Positions 36,739-45,159 of a stretch of 63,982 nt of DNA are shown one piece after another; the first letter of the stretch is position 1, and each line of letters starts with the position of its first letter. Made by a program: the position numbers and the translations under genes. Under the pieces are notes generated by a model that saw only the letters and a list, made by a program, of their open reading frames with translations, ran no database searches and was not told where the DNA came from. The stretch comes from a virus. The stretch is from IMG/VR virus record IMGVR_UViG_3300027573_000001, positions 1 to 63,982 of that record. One strand, given 5' to 3'.

Positions 36739-37296
36739 ATGGCAGATATATATTATATTTCAGACTCAGCATACGAAAAGTTATTACAGTTAGCCTCTGA
36801 CCAGGGATTTACTAAGTTTCATTACAAGTCCCACAGAGGCTTATCAGATTTTCTAAACAAACTAAGTTATAGTGAATTTATTGATACTAGATCGGAATTT
36901 ATTAAAGAACGACATAGTAAATTACTAAAGGAACATCGACGGCCACAGTGGGCACACGGACTATCTCCTAAGCTACCACGTTGTCTAACATTAACTGACG
37001 AAGCAATATATAATTATGTAGAAACAGCTTTAAGGCTAAAAATACATTTATTGCGTAGACTAGTACGTGGAGGGCAACCGAATCGAAGTGCCGTAGCTAT
37101 TTGTGGATTAGCTTTAGAAGCTTTAGGAGCTGGTTTTATACATCCAGTACAAGTACCAATCTGGTCTGCACCAGCAGGCTCGCCAGTAGTAAGAAGTAAC
37201 AAGAGTAGCCCAAAATCTATTACAGACTCTTCTCTACTAGAAAATCCGTACATAATCTACTTAAGAAAAATACCAAAGAAAGTAGCAGAAGGTTAA
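36739..37296 (+). CDS. Hypothetical protein with RHH-like N-terminus
   Basis: IYYISDSAYEKLLQLASDQG...GLSDFLNKL; paralogous N-terminus in the next gene. Confidence 0.55.
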   Translation: MADIYYISDSAYEKLLQLASDQGFTKFHYKSHRGLSDFLNKLSYSEFIDTRSEFIKERHSKLLKEHRRPQWAHGLSPKLPRCLTLTDEAIYNYVETALRLKIHLLRRLVRGGQPNRSAVAICGLALEALGAGFIHPVQVPIWSAPAGSPVVRSNKSSPKSITDSSLLENPYIIYLRKIPKKVAEG

Positions 37297-37297
37297 A

Positions 37298-37783
37298 ATG
37301 GAAGAATATCAAGTGTGGAGACAAGCACAGGGATTAGCACGCGCCACTCCAAAATACCCAAAACGTTCTCGACCATTTTTTGTATCCGATAACGCTTTTG
37401 AGGGGCTACATAGACTTGCCGAGCAATTTGGATTAATGCATGGTACTAAGCCATCAGCTAGTGGATTAGTAGAAGCCATTGGCTTGAATACTATTCTAGT
37501 ATATCAAGAAGAAGAGACAGACTCAGGTTATGGTTCAGCAGCATATGTAGATACTGACGGACTTACAGTATCACAATGCTTTGAATTAGGTAAAGAAGAC
37601 TACATAGAAAAAAGGCCGATGGCTTTTAGCACATCGGCCCTTGCAGGAGGAAGGAAACGGTCTAGAGTCTTTGTAGAAGCCTATGTTAAAGGCTATACTA
37701 CTGGATTCATAGACGACGAAGTTAGCTATGAACCAAACTCATTTGAAGCGTTATTTGAGACTAACACCCCTTCTAATGAGTGA
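37298..37783 (+). CDS. Hypothetical protein with RHH-like N-terminus (paralog of 36739..37296 N-terminus)
   Basis: PFFVSDNAFEGLHRLAEQFG...SGLVEAIGL. Confidence 0.55.
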   Translation: MEEYQVWRQAQGLARATPKYPKRSRPFFVSDNAFEGLHRLAEQFGLMHGTKPSASGLVEAIGLNTILVYQEEETDSGYGSAAYVDTDGLTVSQCFELGKEDYIEKRPMAFSTSALAGGRKRSRVFVEAYVKGYTTGFIDDEVSYEPNSFEALFETNTPSNE

Positions 37784-38095
37784 TTCTGCAATACGCTGCG
37801 CGTCACGCTGTCGCTGCTGTGCCCTATGGTCGTCAAGCAACCTACGCTGAATATCATACCTATCGCGTGCGCGCTGGCGTGCAGCTTCTTTTGCCTCTTC
37901 TGGTGTACTATACTTACGCGGACGGCCTCGACGCTCTACTTGGTTACGCTTTTCTTCTTCCAAGTCATACCCCGTATATTGCGCTAATGCTTCACGAATA
38001 ACGCACGTTAGAGACTTATCCCCTCTTTGTGCAAATTTATCTGCATGATCTCGTTGTTCCTCACTTAGTTTAACGGTGATAATTACTTTTGCCAT
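37751..38095 (-). CDS. Ribbon-helix-helix (CopG-like) protein with basic tail
   Basis: KVIITVKLSEEQRDHADKFAQRGDKSLTCVIREALAQY; its 3' end overlaps 37298..37783 by 33 nt (convergent). Confidence 0.6.
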   Translation of the reverse strand: MAKVIITVKLSEEQRDHADKFAQRGDKSLTCVIREALAQYTGYDLEEEKRNQVERRGRPRKYSTPEEAKEAARQRARDRYDIQRRLLDDHRAQQRQRDAQRIAESLIRRGVSLK

Positions 38096-38239
38096 ACCAC
38101 CCCCACACAGTAAGCATACCACAGAAAAGCGGCAATGTCAATAAAACAGAGATTGCAATTTCGTTACAAAAAGGTATTACTTTTTCTTATATAAGGTATA
38201 ACGATTTGTTATACCTGTTGGACTGAAAGGATATTATTA

Positions 38240-38431
38240 ATGAATATAGAACCAAAGACTTTCATTTGTGACTCTTGTGGAGAAGAAAGCATAGCAGAGA
38301 GGTCAGAAGAAGAAGTCATACAGGAATATGAAAATAATTTTCAGAGGCCATTCAACAAAGAAGATGCCGCTGCAATTTGTGATGATTGCTACGATAAATT
38401 CATGTCTTGGTATAGACAACAATCTTCTTAA
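38240..38431 (+). CDS. Cys-rich small acidic protein
   Basis: CDSCGEE...CDDC; SD AGGA upstream. Confidence 0.5.
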   Translation: MNIEPKTFICDSCGEESIAERSEEEVIQEYENNFQRPFNKEDAAAICDDCYDKFMSWYRQQSS

Positions 38432-38565
38432 TAATATCTTTTATCTTAAAATTGCGAGTAGCACAGGGGCTGGGTCTGGGCTACGCCCGTAAACTACAGG
38501 TGTTTTGAATATTTAACTTGTACACAAATGGGCTGATCTAGGGGCGGCGCTTATATTCAGAGATA
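38427..38565 (+). repeat. Dispersed motif copy B, long form (core variant TAGCACAGGG 38459-38468; GGCGCTTATATTCAGAGATA tail)
   Basis: Aligns along its length with copy C. Confidence 0.85.
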
Positions 38566-38589
38566 CACGCAGGAAGGTAATAACTAAAA

Positions 38590-38742
38590 ATGGACGCTAA
38601 AGTAAAAGACTTTTTTAATTTTAAAGTAAATTGCCCTAGTAATGGCGCATTTCACTGTGAATGTTACTACGCAATTATGAGAGACGACGATGGCAAGCTA
38701 ATACATCGACAGTGCTGTTACTGCGACGCTGAGCCAGAATAG
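38590..38742 (+). CDS. Cys-rich 50-aa protein
   Basis: Manual translation MDAKVKDFFNFKVNCPSNGAFHCECYY...CCYCDAEPE. Confidence 0.4.
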   Translation: MDAKVKDFFNFKVNCPSNGAFHCECYYAIMRDDDGKLIHRQCCYCDAEPE

Positions 38743-38750
38743 GAGAGAAC

Positions 38751-38930
38751 ATGGATACGTTTAATGTGTATGATGGACTTAAAATAGTAAATAAGCATAG
38801 ATGGGAGAAAGACTGCATTAGGTGCGGGATGCATATGACTTTCACACAAACAATGTGTAGGCACTGTAAGGGACACTTTTGTAAGTGGTGCATGAGTATG
38901 CATCAGTACTTAGACCGAGCGCATGAATAA
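38751..38930 (+). CDS. Cys-rich 59-aa zinc-finger-like protein
   Basis: AGGAGAG SD; CIRCG...CRHCKGHFCKWC. Confidence 0.5.
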   Translation: MDTFNVYDGLKIVNKHRWEKDCIRCGMHMTFTQTMCRHCKGHFCKWCMSMHQYLDRAHE

Positions 38931-38951
38931 GCATAAGATATGGGTGAAGGA

Positions 38952-39206
38952 ATGAGCAATCAAGGCACCGCTAAAGTGCTAAAAACTATGGACGGCGATA
39001 TATTGTACCTACGATTAACGCCTCTTGATTCCGATATACCTACTGTATTCTTTGGGCATTCAATTATGTCAATAAGTCCAAGTGACCTTGACGACGATAC
39101 TGCACTCGCCGTTGTATCGTTCCTTACTGGAGAAAGTATAACAATGGAAAACTCATATAAAGAGGTCATGAGTGAACTAGGGATTCTTAAGTATTTTGAT
39201 ATATAA
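38952..39206 (+). CDS. Hypothetical protein, paralog of 39548..39814
   Basis: Shared DG.LY..RL....FFG.SI...SP..DD...SYK pattern; internal ATG with GAAGGA SD chosen. Confidence 0.55.
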   Translation: MSNQGTAKVLKTMDGDILYLRLTPLDSDIPTVFFGHSIMSISPSDLDDDTALAVVSFLTGESITMENSYKEVMSELGILKYFDI

Positions 39207-39315
39207 ATAAGTGCGAGTACACGTAACTGAACACACAGTTTTTGTAGTTCTCACTGTTTAAGTCGAAAGCTGTGGTAAGTAGAGAGTCTATAGACAGCTG
39301 AAAGATTTATAGTCC

Positions 39316-39451
39316 CTTAATAATATCTTTTATCTTATAATTGCCTTTGCACAGGGTCCGGGTGTAGGGCGTAGCCCGTAAATGGTAGGAATCGTAAAAC
39401 TTAACTTGTACATGAGGGTTTGACGCGGGGCCGCGCTTATATATCGAGATA
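39316..39451 (+). repeat. Dispersed motif copy C, long form (core TTGCACAGGG 39347-39356)
   Basis: Aligns with copy B. Confidence 0.85.
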
Positions 39452-39547
39452 GCGATTAGGGATTAATGAATATAGAACAGCACGGACATACGTATACTGA
39501 TAGCCTGCACGTGAACGGCGAGGGGCGAGTGAGGGCACAGAGGCGCA

Positions 39548-39814
39548 ATGGAATACATAAAGTACTTTAAAGATTATGATGGACACTTGTACTGTATTAG
39601 ATTGAAAGAGTACCATAGTGGAGTTAATAGGCTATTCTTTGGGCGTAGTATTACTGGATTCTCGCCTGCTAGTGATGATACAGCATTTGTTCACTTGATT
39701 GGAAGGGAAACAGTTAGAGTAAGCGAAAGCTATAAGGATATACTGCAACAGGTCGTGTTGCATAATTCCTCTTTAGAGATGGAGGAATTACAAGAATGGG
39801 CGAGGAGTACCTAA
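39548..39814 (+). CDS. Hypothetical protein, paralog of 38952..39206
   Basis: See paralog. Confidence 0.55.
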   Translation: MEYIKYFKDYDGHLYCIRLKEYHSGVNRLFFGRSITGFSPASDDTAFVHLIGRETVRVSESYKDILQQVVLHNSSLEMEELQEWARST

Positions 39815-39841
39815 CATGGCATACTTGGGAGTAGTAAACTA

Positions 39842-41110
39842 ATGGCATACTTTAGTAGTAAAGTTCGGAATGTAAGCCTATGGACGGCGAATGGTGCACG
39901 GTGCCAGATTGCACCCGATAGTACTTATGCAGCGTATGACTACATAGGTACGGATTCGATGTATGATATTAGGCTGGCTTTCCTTGATAGGCCAGGGAGG
40001 TACATTGAGTTAACTAAGGGTAAGGCAGGTGTACCACAACTGAATAACGGCAACCCTGCTTTTCACCCGCTGTGGCCTGCTGTACCTATTATAGTATTTA
40101 CTAGTGAAGCTCCTGAGCATTACTTTGACCACATACCAAGTGTCGGCGACCCAGGCGTGGGTTTGTTCCATGACGTATGGGCAATGAACGTAAGTACTGG
40201 TAGAGTGTATAAGCTTACAAATTACCCTATTAAGATGACGCTAGAGGATGGCATTGTAACTACAGGTTCAGTGTTTCCGAGATTCAATACTGATGGTACT
40301 AAGCTATTATGGACGCATAGGTACGCTAGTGGCGGCGGAGTTAGTACGGCGAGTGATTGGGGTAAGTGGCGATTAATAGAGGCTAACTTTAGTGTTAGTA
40401 GGGGGCGGCCGAGCTTAGGAACACAGGCTACAGTGTATGATCCTGATGTAGCAACTACTGGCGTAGGGAACTATGTAGTTAGTACAGCAGGGTACATACC
40501 TAATACTGATGTAGTTGTTATGGCAAGCAATCATGATGGTCAGCATGAGTACAATATGGATTTATACCTGTTGGACATTAGCGCGCACTTAGCAGCAGGT
40601 GGCGTGGGTAGTGCGGGTATAGCTAACTTAATGCCGCTATGGGGTGCGGGTACATGGGAGGAAGGTAGTGCAATATGTCCGATTTCAGTACCAGGTGGGG
40701 GATTCGCTGGCGCGGCAGGACACAAGATACTTTACATGAGCAGCAAGACTACACCCTTCGCGATAGATTACAATCAGGATTGGGGCGGTCAGGAGAAGTG
40801 GAACGAGTTGTGGTACATGACTACTGACGGCTTAGTGAAGGATCAACTCACTAAGTTTAATAAGTATGTACCTGTGATCGGCGGGGGTGGGCCTGGAGCA
40901 AATATTGATGATAGTGGAATGAATGAGGGACAGGGAGTATATGATGAGTTCATCCGTCCTTATGGACGAGCGCACCCAGCAGTAATGGGTTTCAGTCCTG
41001 ACGGCTTAATTATACTTGCTGCTGTGGGTAGTCGAGCTGATGCGCCGTACCCCGAGGAAGGTACGCATATAATTAGTATTTATCGAATTGATTTGAATGA
41101 ACTTTTGTGA
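39842..41110 (+). CDS. TolB/PD40-like beta-propeller protein
   Basis: RFNTDGTKLLWTH, GFSPDGLIILAAV, LWYMTTDG. Confidence 0.65.
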   Translation: MAYFSSKVRNVSLWTANGARCQIAPDSTYAAYDYIGTDSMYDIRLAFLDRPGRYIELTKGKAGVPQLNNGNPAFHPLWPAVPIIVFTSEAPEHYFDHIPSVGDPGVGLFHDVWAMNVSTGRVYKLTNYPIKMTLEDGIVTTGSVFPRFNTDGTKLLWTHRYASGGGVSTASDWGKWRLIEANFSVSRGRPSLGTQATVYDPDVATTGVGNYVVSTAGYIPNTDVVVMASNHDGQHEYNMDLYLLDISAHLAAGGVGSAGIANLMPLWGAGTWEEGSAICPISVPGGGFAGAAGHKILYMSSKTTPFAIDYNQDWGGQEKWNELWYMTTDGLVKDQLTKFNKYVPVIGGGGPGANIDDSGMNEGQGVYDEFIRPYGRAHPAVMGFSPDGLIILAAVGSRADAPYPEEGTHIISIYRIDLNELL

Positions 41111-41112
41111 GT

Positions 41113-41168
41113 ACTAGTATGATTTGAGATATACTATACATCTAGTATGATTTGAGATATACTATACA
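41113..41168. repeat. 28-bp tandem duplication (CTAGTATGATTTGAGATATACTATACA x2)
   Basis: Read directly. Confidence 0.9.
41135..41163 (+). promoter_or_regulatory. Candidate promoter TATACA-17-TATACT created by the tandem repeat
   Basis: Spacing counted directly; weak -35. Confidence 0.35.
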
Positions 41169-41242
41169 ACTTGTGTATGGTTGGGAACCCCCACGAGAAA
41201 AATTGTAAAATTTGCGATTATCCACTACGGGGGTGATAATTT

Positions 41243-41328
41243 ATTGATACAGTGTATCAATGCACAAATGCGCTCAATCGTTGCACGCATTGCAACTGAG
41301 CATTTGTGCATTGATACACTGTATCAAT
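41243..41328. repeat. Perfect inverted repeat, 29-bp arms (ATTGATACAGTGTATCAATGCACAAATGC), 28-nt spacer holding a further GTTGCA/TGCAAC hairpin
   Basis: Arms 41243-41271 and 41300-41328 are exact reverse complements. Each arm contains a 19-bp near-palindrome. Confidence 0.9.
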
Positions 41329-41344
41329 ACATAATCAAAAGAGA

Positions 41345-41384
41345 AGACCCAATGAACCGTAATTGATTCATTGGGTCTTTTGTT
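41345..41384. terminator. Bidirectional intrinsic terminator
   Basis: 12-bp stem AGACCCAATGAA/TTCATTGGGTCT, then TTTTGTT on plus. T-rich on minus as well. Lies between convergent units. Confidence 0.7.
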
Positions 41385-41387
41385 GCG

Positions 41388-41651
41388 CTACGCTAACGGC
41401 CATCCGTGCGGTATCTCTGGCATTGTCGCTTGGTAACTAATCGCAACACACGGTACACCATTGCGCTTATTGCGTGCGACATGCTCCGCATTATCACAAA
41501 CAAACATGGTGTACCGTGGTACAACCGTTGTGACAGTGTACCGTGCATCCTCTAGGCAAACCTTCACCATACGGACGTAATCCTCCTGACACCGCATGGT
41601 GGATTGTTTCCTCATTGTTAGCGTACCGTGGTCGTATATCGCAACATACAT
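41388..41651 (-). CDS. Hypothetical protein
   Basis: Strong SD AAGGGAGGG upstream of the ATG. Confidence 0.6.
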   Translation of the reverse strand: MYVAIYDHGTLTMRKQSTMRCQEDYVRMVKVCLEDARYTVTTVVPRYTMFVCDNAEHVARNKRNGVPCVAISYQATMPEIPHGWPLA

Positions 41652-41715
41652 ACACCCTCCCTTGTAGGAATACAGTAGGAACCTACCCGTATTCCTAAGT
41701 ACATCCCTAGTATAT

Positions 41716-41827
41716 GCACATAATAGATACTACTTACCAACCCATTGACCAAAATTAACTATACATATATCTATACATAAGTATAGATATACTAAAAGGG
41801 ATCGTAGGTAAGTGGTATCTATTATGT
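41716..41827. repeat. Long-range inverted repeat (22-nt arms, 21/22 match) enclosing the palindrome ATATCTATAC-ATAA-GTATAGATAT
   Basis: CACATAATAGATACTACTTACC (41716-41737) versus GGTAAGTGGTATCTATTATGTG (41806-41827). Confidence 0.8.
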
Positions 41828-41876
41828 GTAAATGTTATGAGGAAATGAGGGGTTATACACCCCTCATTCCACGCAC

Positions 41877-43547
41877 TCACTCCACGCTCATACTATCCAC
41901 ATACACTAGTTCTTCCTTAGCGCGTGTCACGCTAACATACTGTAAGTTCTTTTCCTGTACTAACTCCCATTCCTGCTTTGCCCACCTACTCGGCATGAGC
42001 CCACGATCCAAGACAAACACTCGCCGTGCTTCCAGCCCCTTACTCTTGTGCACACTAGCGCACACTACATACTTACCCTTGATACCATCCTCCCCTGCAC
42101 TCTTCGGAAACATGGTATCAATCGTGTCGTTTAGGTAAGTAATGTCCTGCTTACCGTCATCAATCAACGAATCACTAAGCAGCAACAGGCAATCAACCTT
42201 GTCTGCCACTGCCGCCGCCTTACCCTCCTGTTTCCGCTCAACACACCTACTTACTTCCGCCGCGCCCCACTCCCGCAACCTACTCTGAAACTCACTCAAT
42301 CCCTTACACTTACTCCCTGCAACCCGCCGAATAAGTGCCTTCAACCCTGCACCAATGTCCCGTCCCATCACCTTGACAGGTACCCTAGCCTTCAGGCACT
42401 TATACGCCACGCCTAGCAACGGTGCATTATTCCTGCACACCACTAGATCATCCTTACCCTCACTCCACCTCCAATCTTCCACACTCCATTCCGACACCCC
42501 TCGCACAATCCCTACACTTGCCCCTTCCCGTGCTTCAATATGCGGCACGTATTGTTGTGCCTCACGTACCACACTTGCCGCACACCTATACGAAATACTG
42601 AGCGGTAGCTCCACGCAACCAAACGTATCCCTTATGAGCGCCATGCTATCAGCATCGGCACCCCTAAAGCCATATATAGCTTGGTACTCGTCGCCTACTG
42701 CAATCAACCGTGCATTCCCTCGCGGACCGCTTTGCAGCAATCTTTGCAGTATGTCACGCTGCACGGCGTTAGTATCCTGGCTTTCGTCCACCATGACGTA
42801 CTGCCACGGACTTCCGTACTTATTGCCTACCCTTGCACCCAAGAGTGGCACAAAGTACAGCATATCGTCAAAATCAATCATACCCCCGCACCCAACAATA
42901 TCGTTATTCCGTGTCAGCACCGCCCGAGCGCACATAATCACGGCCTCATCACTAATAGAATCGTCATCCGATTCTATGTCGTAATGTGCCATCAAAGCGC
43001 GCAATTCCTCCGCCGACTGGTCGGGCATCATTACGTTAGCTTTCATGAGGCTAACAAGTTTCTTGACGGCACTCTTGGCCCCACTAAGCGCCTCATCCTT
43101 ACCGTACAACTCATCAAAGATACCGTCCACTTTATAGGCGTCGGTATCCTTTGGGCCAAACTTACGCCCCGTTCTACTCTCAATCACTGGCACAATCGCT
43201 GCACGACCTAGTGCATGGAACGTACTAGCTACTACGTTCGCGGGTAGTTTACGCTTTAGCTCTTCAGCGATGGCCTTATTGAACGCCAGGAATACGCCAC
43301 TCTTCCCACTCTTTGCCATCTCCCGCGCCAGCATGACTAGCGTACTAGTCTTACCACTACCAGCAACCGCCTGGATAATACCGTTACTCGTTTCCGTCTT
43401 GAACCAATCTAGAATCGCCTGCTGATATACGCTAGGCTTATGCTCAATCGGCGTACTAACCTCATTCCGAACGGCGGGCGCACCATACTGCCCATGTCCG
43501 CGCCCCGTACTACCGTACTTCTTAGGCTGCCACTTACCGTAAGCCAT
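41877..43547 (-). CDS. UvrD/Rep/PcrA-family SF1 helicase
   Basis: AVAGSGKTSTLV, VMVDESQDTN, GDEYQAIYGFRGA, SISYRC, VHKSKGLEARRVFV, YVSVTRAKEEL. Start set to MAYGKW (AGGAG SD); the ORF track starts at 43595. Confidence 0.9.
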   Translation of the reverse strand: MAYGKWQPKKYGSTGRGHGQYGAPAVRNEVSTPIEHKPSVYQQAILDWFKTETSNGIIQAVAGSGKTSTLVMLAREMAKSGKSGVFLAFNKAIAEELKRKLPANVVASTFHALGRAAIVPVIESRTGRKFGPKDTDAYKVDGIFDELYGKDEALSGAKSAVKKLVSLMKANVMMPDQSAEELRALMAHYDIESDDDSISDEAVIMCARAVLTRNNDIVGCGGMIDFDDMLYFVPLLGARVGNKYGSPWQYVMVDESQDTNAVQRDILQRLLQSGPRGNARLIAVGDEYQAIYGFRGADADSMALIRDTFGCVELPLSISYRCAASVVREAQQYVPHIEAREGASVGIVRGVSEWSVEDWRWSEGKDDLVVCRNNAPLLGVAYKCLKARVPVKVMGRDIGAGLKALIRRVAGSKCKGLSEFQSRLREWGAAEVSRCVERKQEGKAAAVADKVDCLLLLSDSLIDDGKQDITYLNDTIDTMFPKSAGEDGIKGKYVVCASVHKSKGLEARRVFVLDRGLMPSRWAKQEWELVQEKNLQYVSVTRAKEELVYVDSMSVE

Positions 43548-43604
43548 TACACACTCCTGGTCACGTTTGTTTCGTTCTGACAATGCTTCAAACATGCACG
43601 GTTC

Positions 43605-43650
43605 GACCGCTCGCGGCCACTCTGTACCCTGTGCAAAGAGCTAAAGATAC
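43605..43650 (-). repeat. Dispersed motif copy I (core CCCTGTGCAA 43627-43636 on plus)
   Basis: Reverse complement reads TATCTTTAGCTCTTTGCACAGGGTACAGAGTGGCCGCGAGCGG; upstream of the helicase gene. Confidence 0.8.
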
Positions 43651-43991
43651 AATCCGTGCACGCCTACCGCTCACACTTGCACGTACATGGTTTGCCATCA
43701 TCAGGCCGTAAGTGACCAACTTACGACGACAATACATGCGCCATTCGACGCATGTACTGTTTCGGCATTACTACTCCAATCCGAACTCGGAACGGTTGTA
43801 TACCATGACCGCTCTGATATGCCGCACAATCAACGCCGTAACGTTATCGTGCACTCTCTCACTATTCACGCGGGCCGACATCCAAGTGCAACGCAATCCT
43901 CCATGCATCACGTTGCTACTATAGATGTTACTTTGAACGTTCAATACACGGCAGATATCGTCCGCCGCCGTATCCTCCGAAACTGTCACGT

Positions 43992-44225
43992 CTAGTCGAT
44001 ATGCACAGAACATGACCAAATACCCCAATTCCATGGACTATCTGCACTAACGCGCTTGACGAAACTATTGTCAAGCGTATCCGAAACGATAATCGTATCG
44101 TTTCGGTACTTATACTCTAACAACCTGACGCACTGGTCGCGCATACCCTTTACCGAGTCGGTCCAGTAGACAATCTCATTGTCCACGTATGCACGAAACC
44201 TATCACCGCGAGCCTTACGTGCCAT
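43992..44225 (-). CDS. Hypothetical protein
   Basis: GAGGG/AGGA SD before MARKARGDRF. Confidence 0.5.
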   Translation of the reverse strand: MARKARGDRFRAYVDNEIVYWTDSVKGMRDQCVRLLEYKYRNDTIIVSDTLDNSFVKRVSADSPWNWGIWSCSVHID

Positions 44226-44333
44226 TCCTAATCCCTCAGCGACTAACGACCATCGCTGCAATAGCCAACGCGGCTACTGCGTCATACATCACGAATAACG
44301 CTAACGCAATCAAGCGCCGATCCTCAGCGTTCA

Positions 44334-44486
44334 CTACAATCTAACCTCGCCTCTATCGTCTACGTCCATTCCGAACGTAAACACCGCCAGCATCTCCGAA
44401 CAATCGGCGCAAACATCGGCGGCGTATGGCTGCATGCTTACAGTCATGTGACCGCAAATACTGCACGGCATCTCGTCGTCGAACAT
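44334..44486 (-). CDS. 50-aa zinc-ribbon protein (below ORF-track cutoff)
   Basis: Manual translation MFDDEMPCSICGH...CADCSEML. Confidence 0.35.
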   Translation of the reverse strand: MFDDEMPCSICGHMTVSMQPYAADVCADCSEMLAVFTFGMDVDDRGEVRL

Positions 44487-44493
44487 ATCCCCA

Positions 44494-44709
44494 TCATGCG
44501 CGCGCATACGTCACCCCTTCCTGTACTTCCTCCACGGTGTACATTCGACGCATACCACAATATCGAATCAACTCGTTAGCTGATTCGATACTGATATCTG
44601 CCACTGAACCGTCACTAGTCACCACAACGGCGTGCGTGCTAAACGCTGGAATAGTGATGCTACTCCAAACATCACTATCTGTCAGGTGCCGTACAACGTA
44701 TTCCCTCAT
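44494..44709 (-). CDS. Hypothetical protein
   Basis: GGAG SD upstream. Confidence 0.55.
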   Translation of the reverse strand: MREYVVRHLTDSDVWSSITIPAFSTHAVVVTSDGSVADISIESANELIRYCGMRRMYTVEEVQEGVTYARA

Positions 44710-44714
44710 GGTCG

Positions 44715-45068
44715 TTACTCCAACGTCTCGAAGTACTTATAGATACGATCCATGACCGTATCGTCTAGGGTAGTGCCATAATCGGCGATGCAATCAATAC
44801 CGTTACCCAACACGACAAAAAACCATGATTTTCTGTCGCCATTGCTAACGCTAACGGTAGACTCATCAACGGAAAAGATAACGTCTAGCGTTTCCTTTTC
44901 CGTCAATACTTGATACCGTTCTTCCCCATCGTGTACGTGTGTCACGATCCAGCCAGCGTACTTTAGCTGACGGATCGCGTACCGAATGCACTTCTTTTCA
45001 AGTGCAATCCGATCATGGGCTATGTTGCACGGTTGCCTACACGTTGTACTGCACTTACCCTGCACCAT
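44715..45068 (-). CDS. Hypothetical protein
   Basis: GAGGG SD upstream. Confidence 0.55.
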   Translation of the reverse strand: MVQGKCSTTCRQPCNIAHDRIALEKKCIRYAIRQLKYAGWIVTHVHDGEERYQVLTEKETLDVIFSVDESTVSVSNGDRKSWFFVVLGNGIDCIADYGTTLDDTVMDRIYKYFETLE

Positions 45069-45159
45069 CGCTATACCCTCACAATCGCGTTTCCTGGCTC
45101 GTACAGGCCGCTATGGCCCACTAGCGTACTTTCGTACCCTAGTGGGCTATGGCGGACCG

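Noticed and set aside
38675-38903. Minus-strand ORFs 38675..38893 and 38718..38903
   Set aside because: The plus strand here encodes two Cys-rich micro-ORFs (38590..38742 and 38751..38930), the second with an AGGAGAG SD, in an all-plus gene block. The minus-strand translations look non-protein-like.
41181-41366. 61-aa ORF (TTG start) between the propeller gene and the terminator
   Set aside because: It reads straight through a perfect 29-bp-arm inverted repeat and into the terminator stem, and has no SD. The region is better explained as RNA or an operator structure. A real micropeptide cannot be fully excluded.
42355-43211. Plus-strand ORFs 42355..42984 and 42681..43211
   Set aside because: They lie antisense to the UvrD-like helicase, whose motifs I-VI are all present on the minus strand. 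The GC-rich composition suppresses stops.
43771-44034. Minus-strand ORF 43771..44034 (87 aa) and plus-strand ORFs 43687..43995 and 43712..43924
   Set aside because: The minus ORF has no SD, and its ATG overlaps the preceding gene by 43 nt. A GTG start just after that gene's stop is possible, so a gene may exist here, but I cannot support a model. The plus-strand ORFs oppose the local operon direction.
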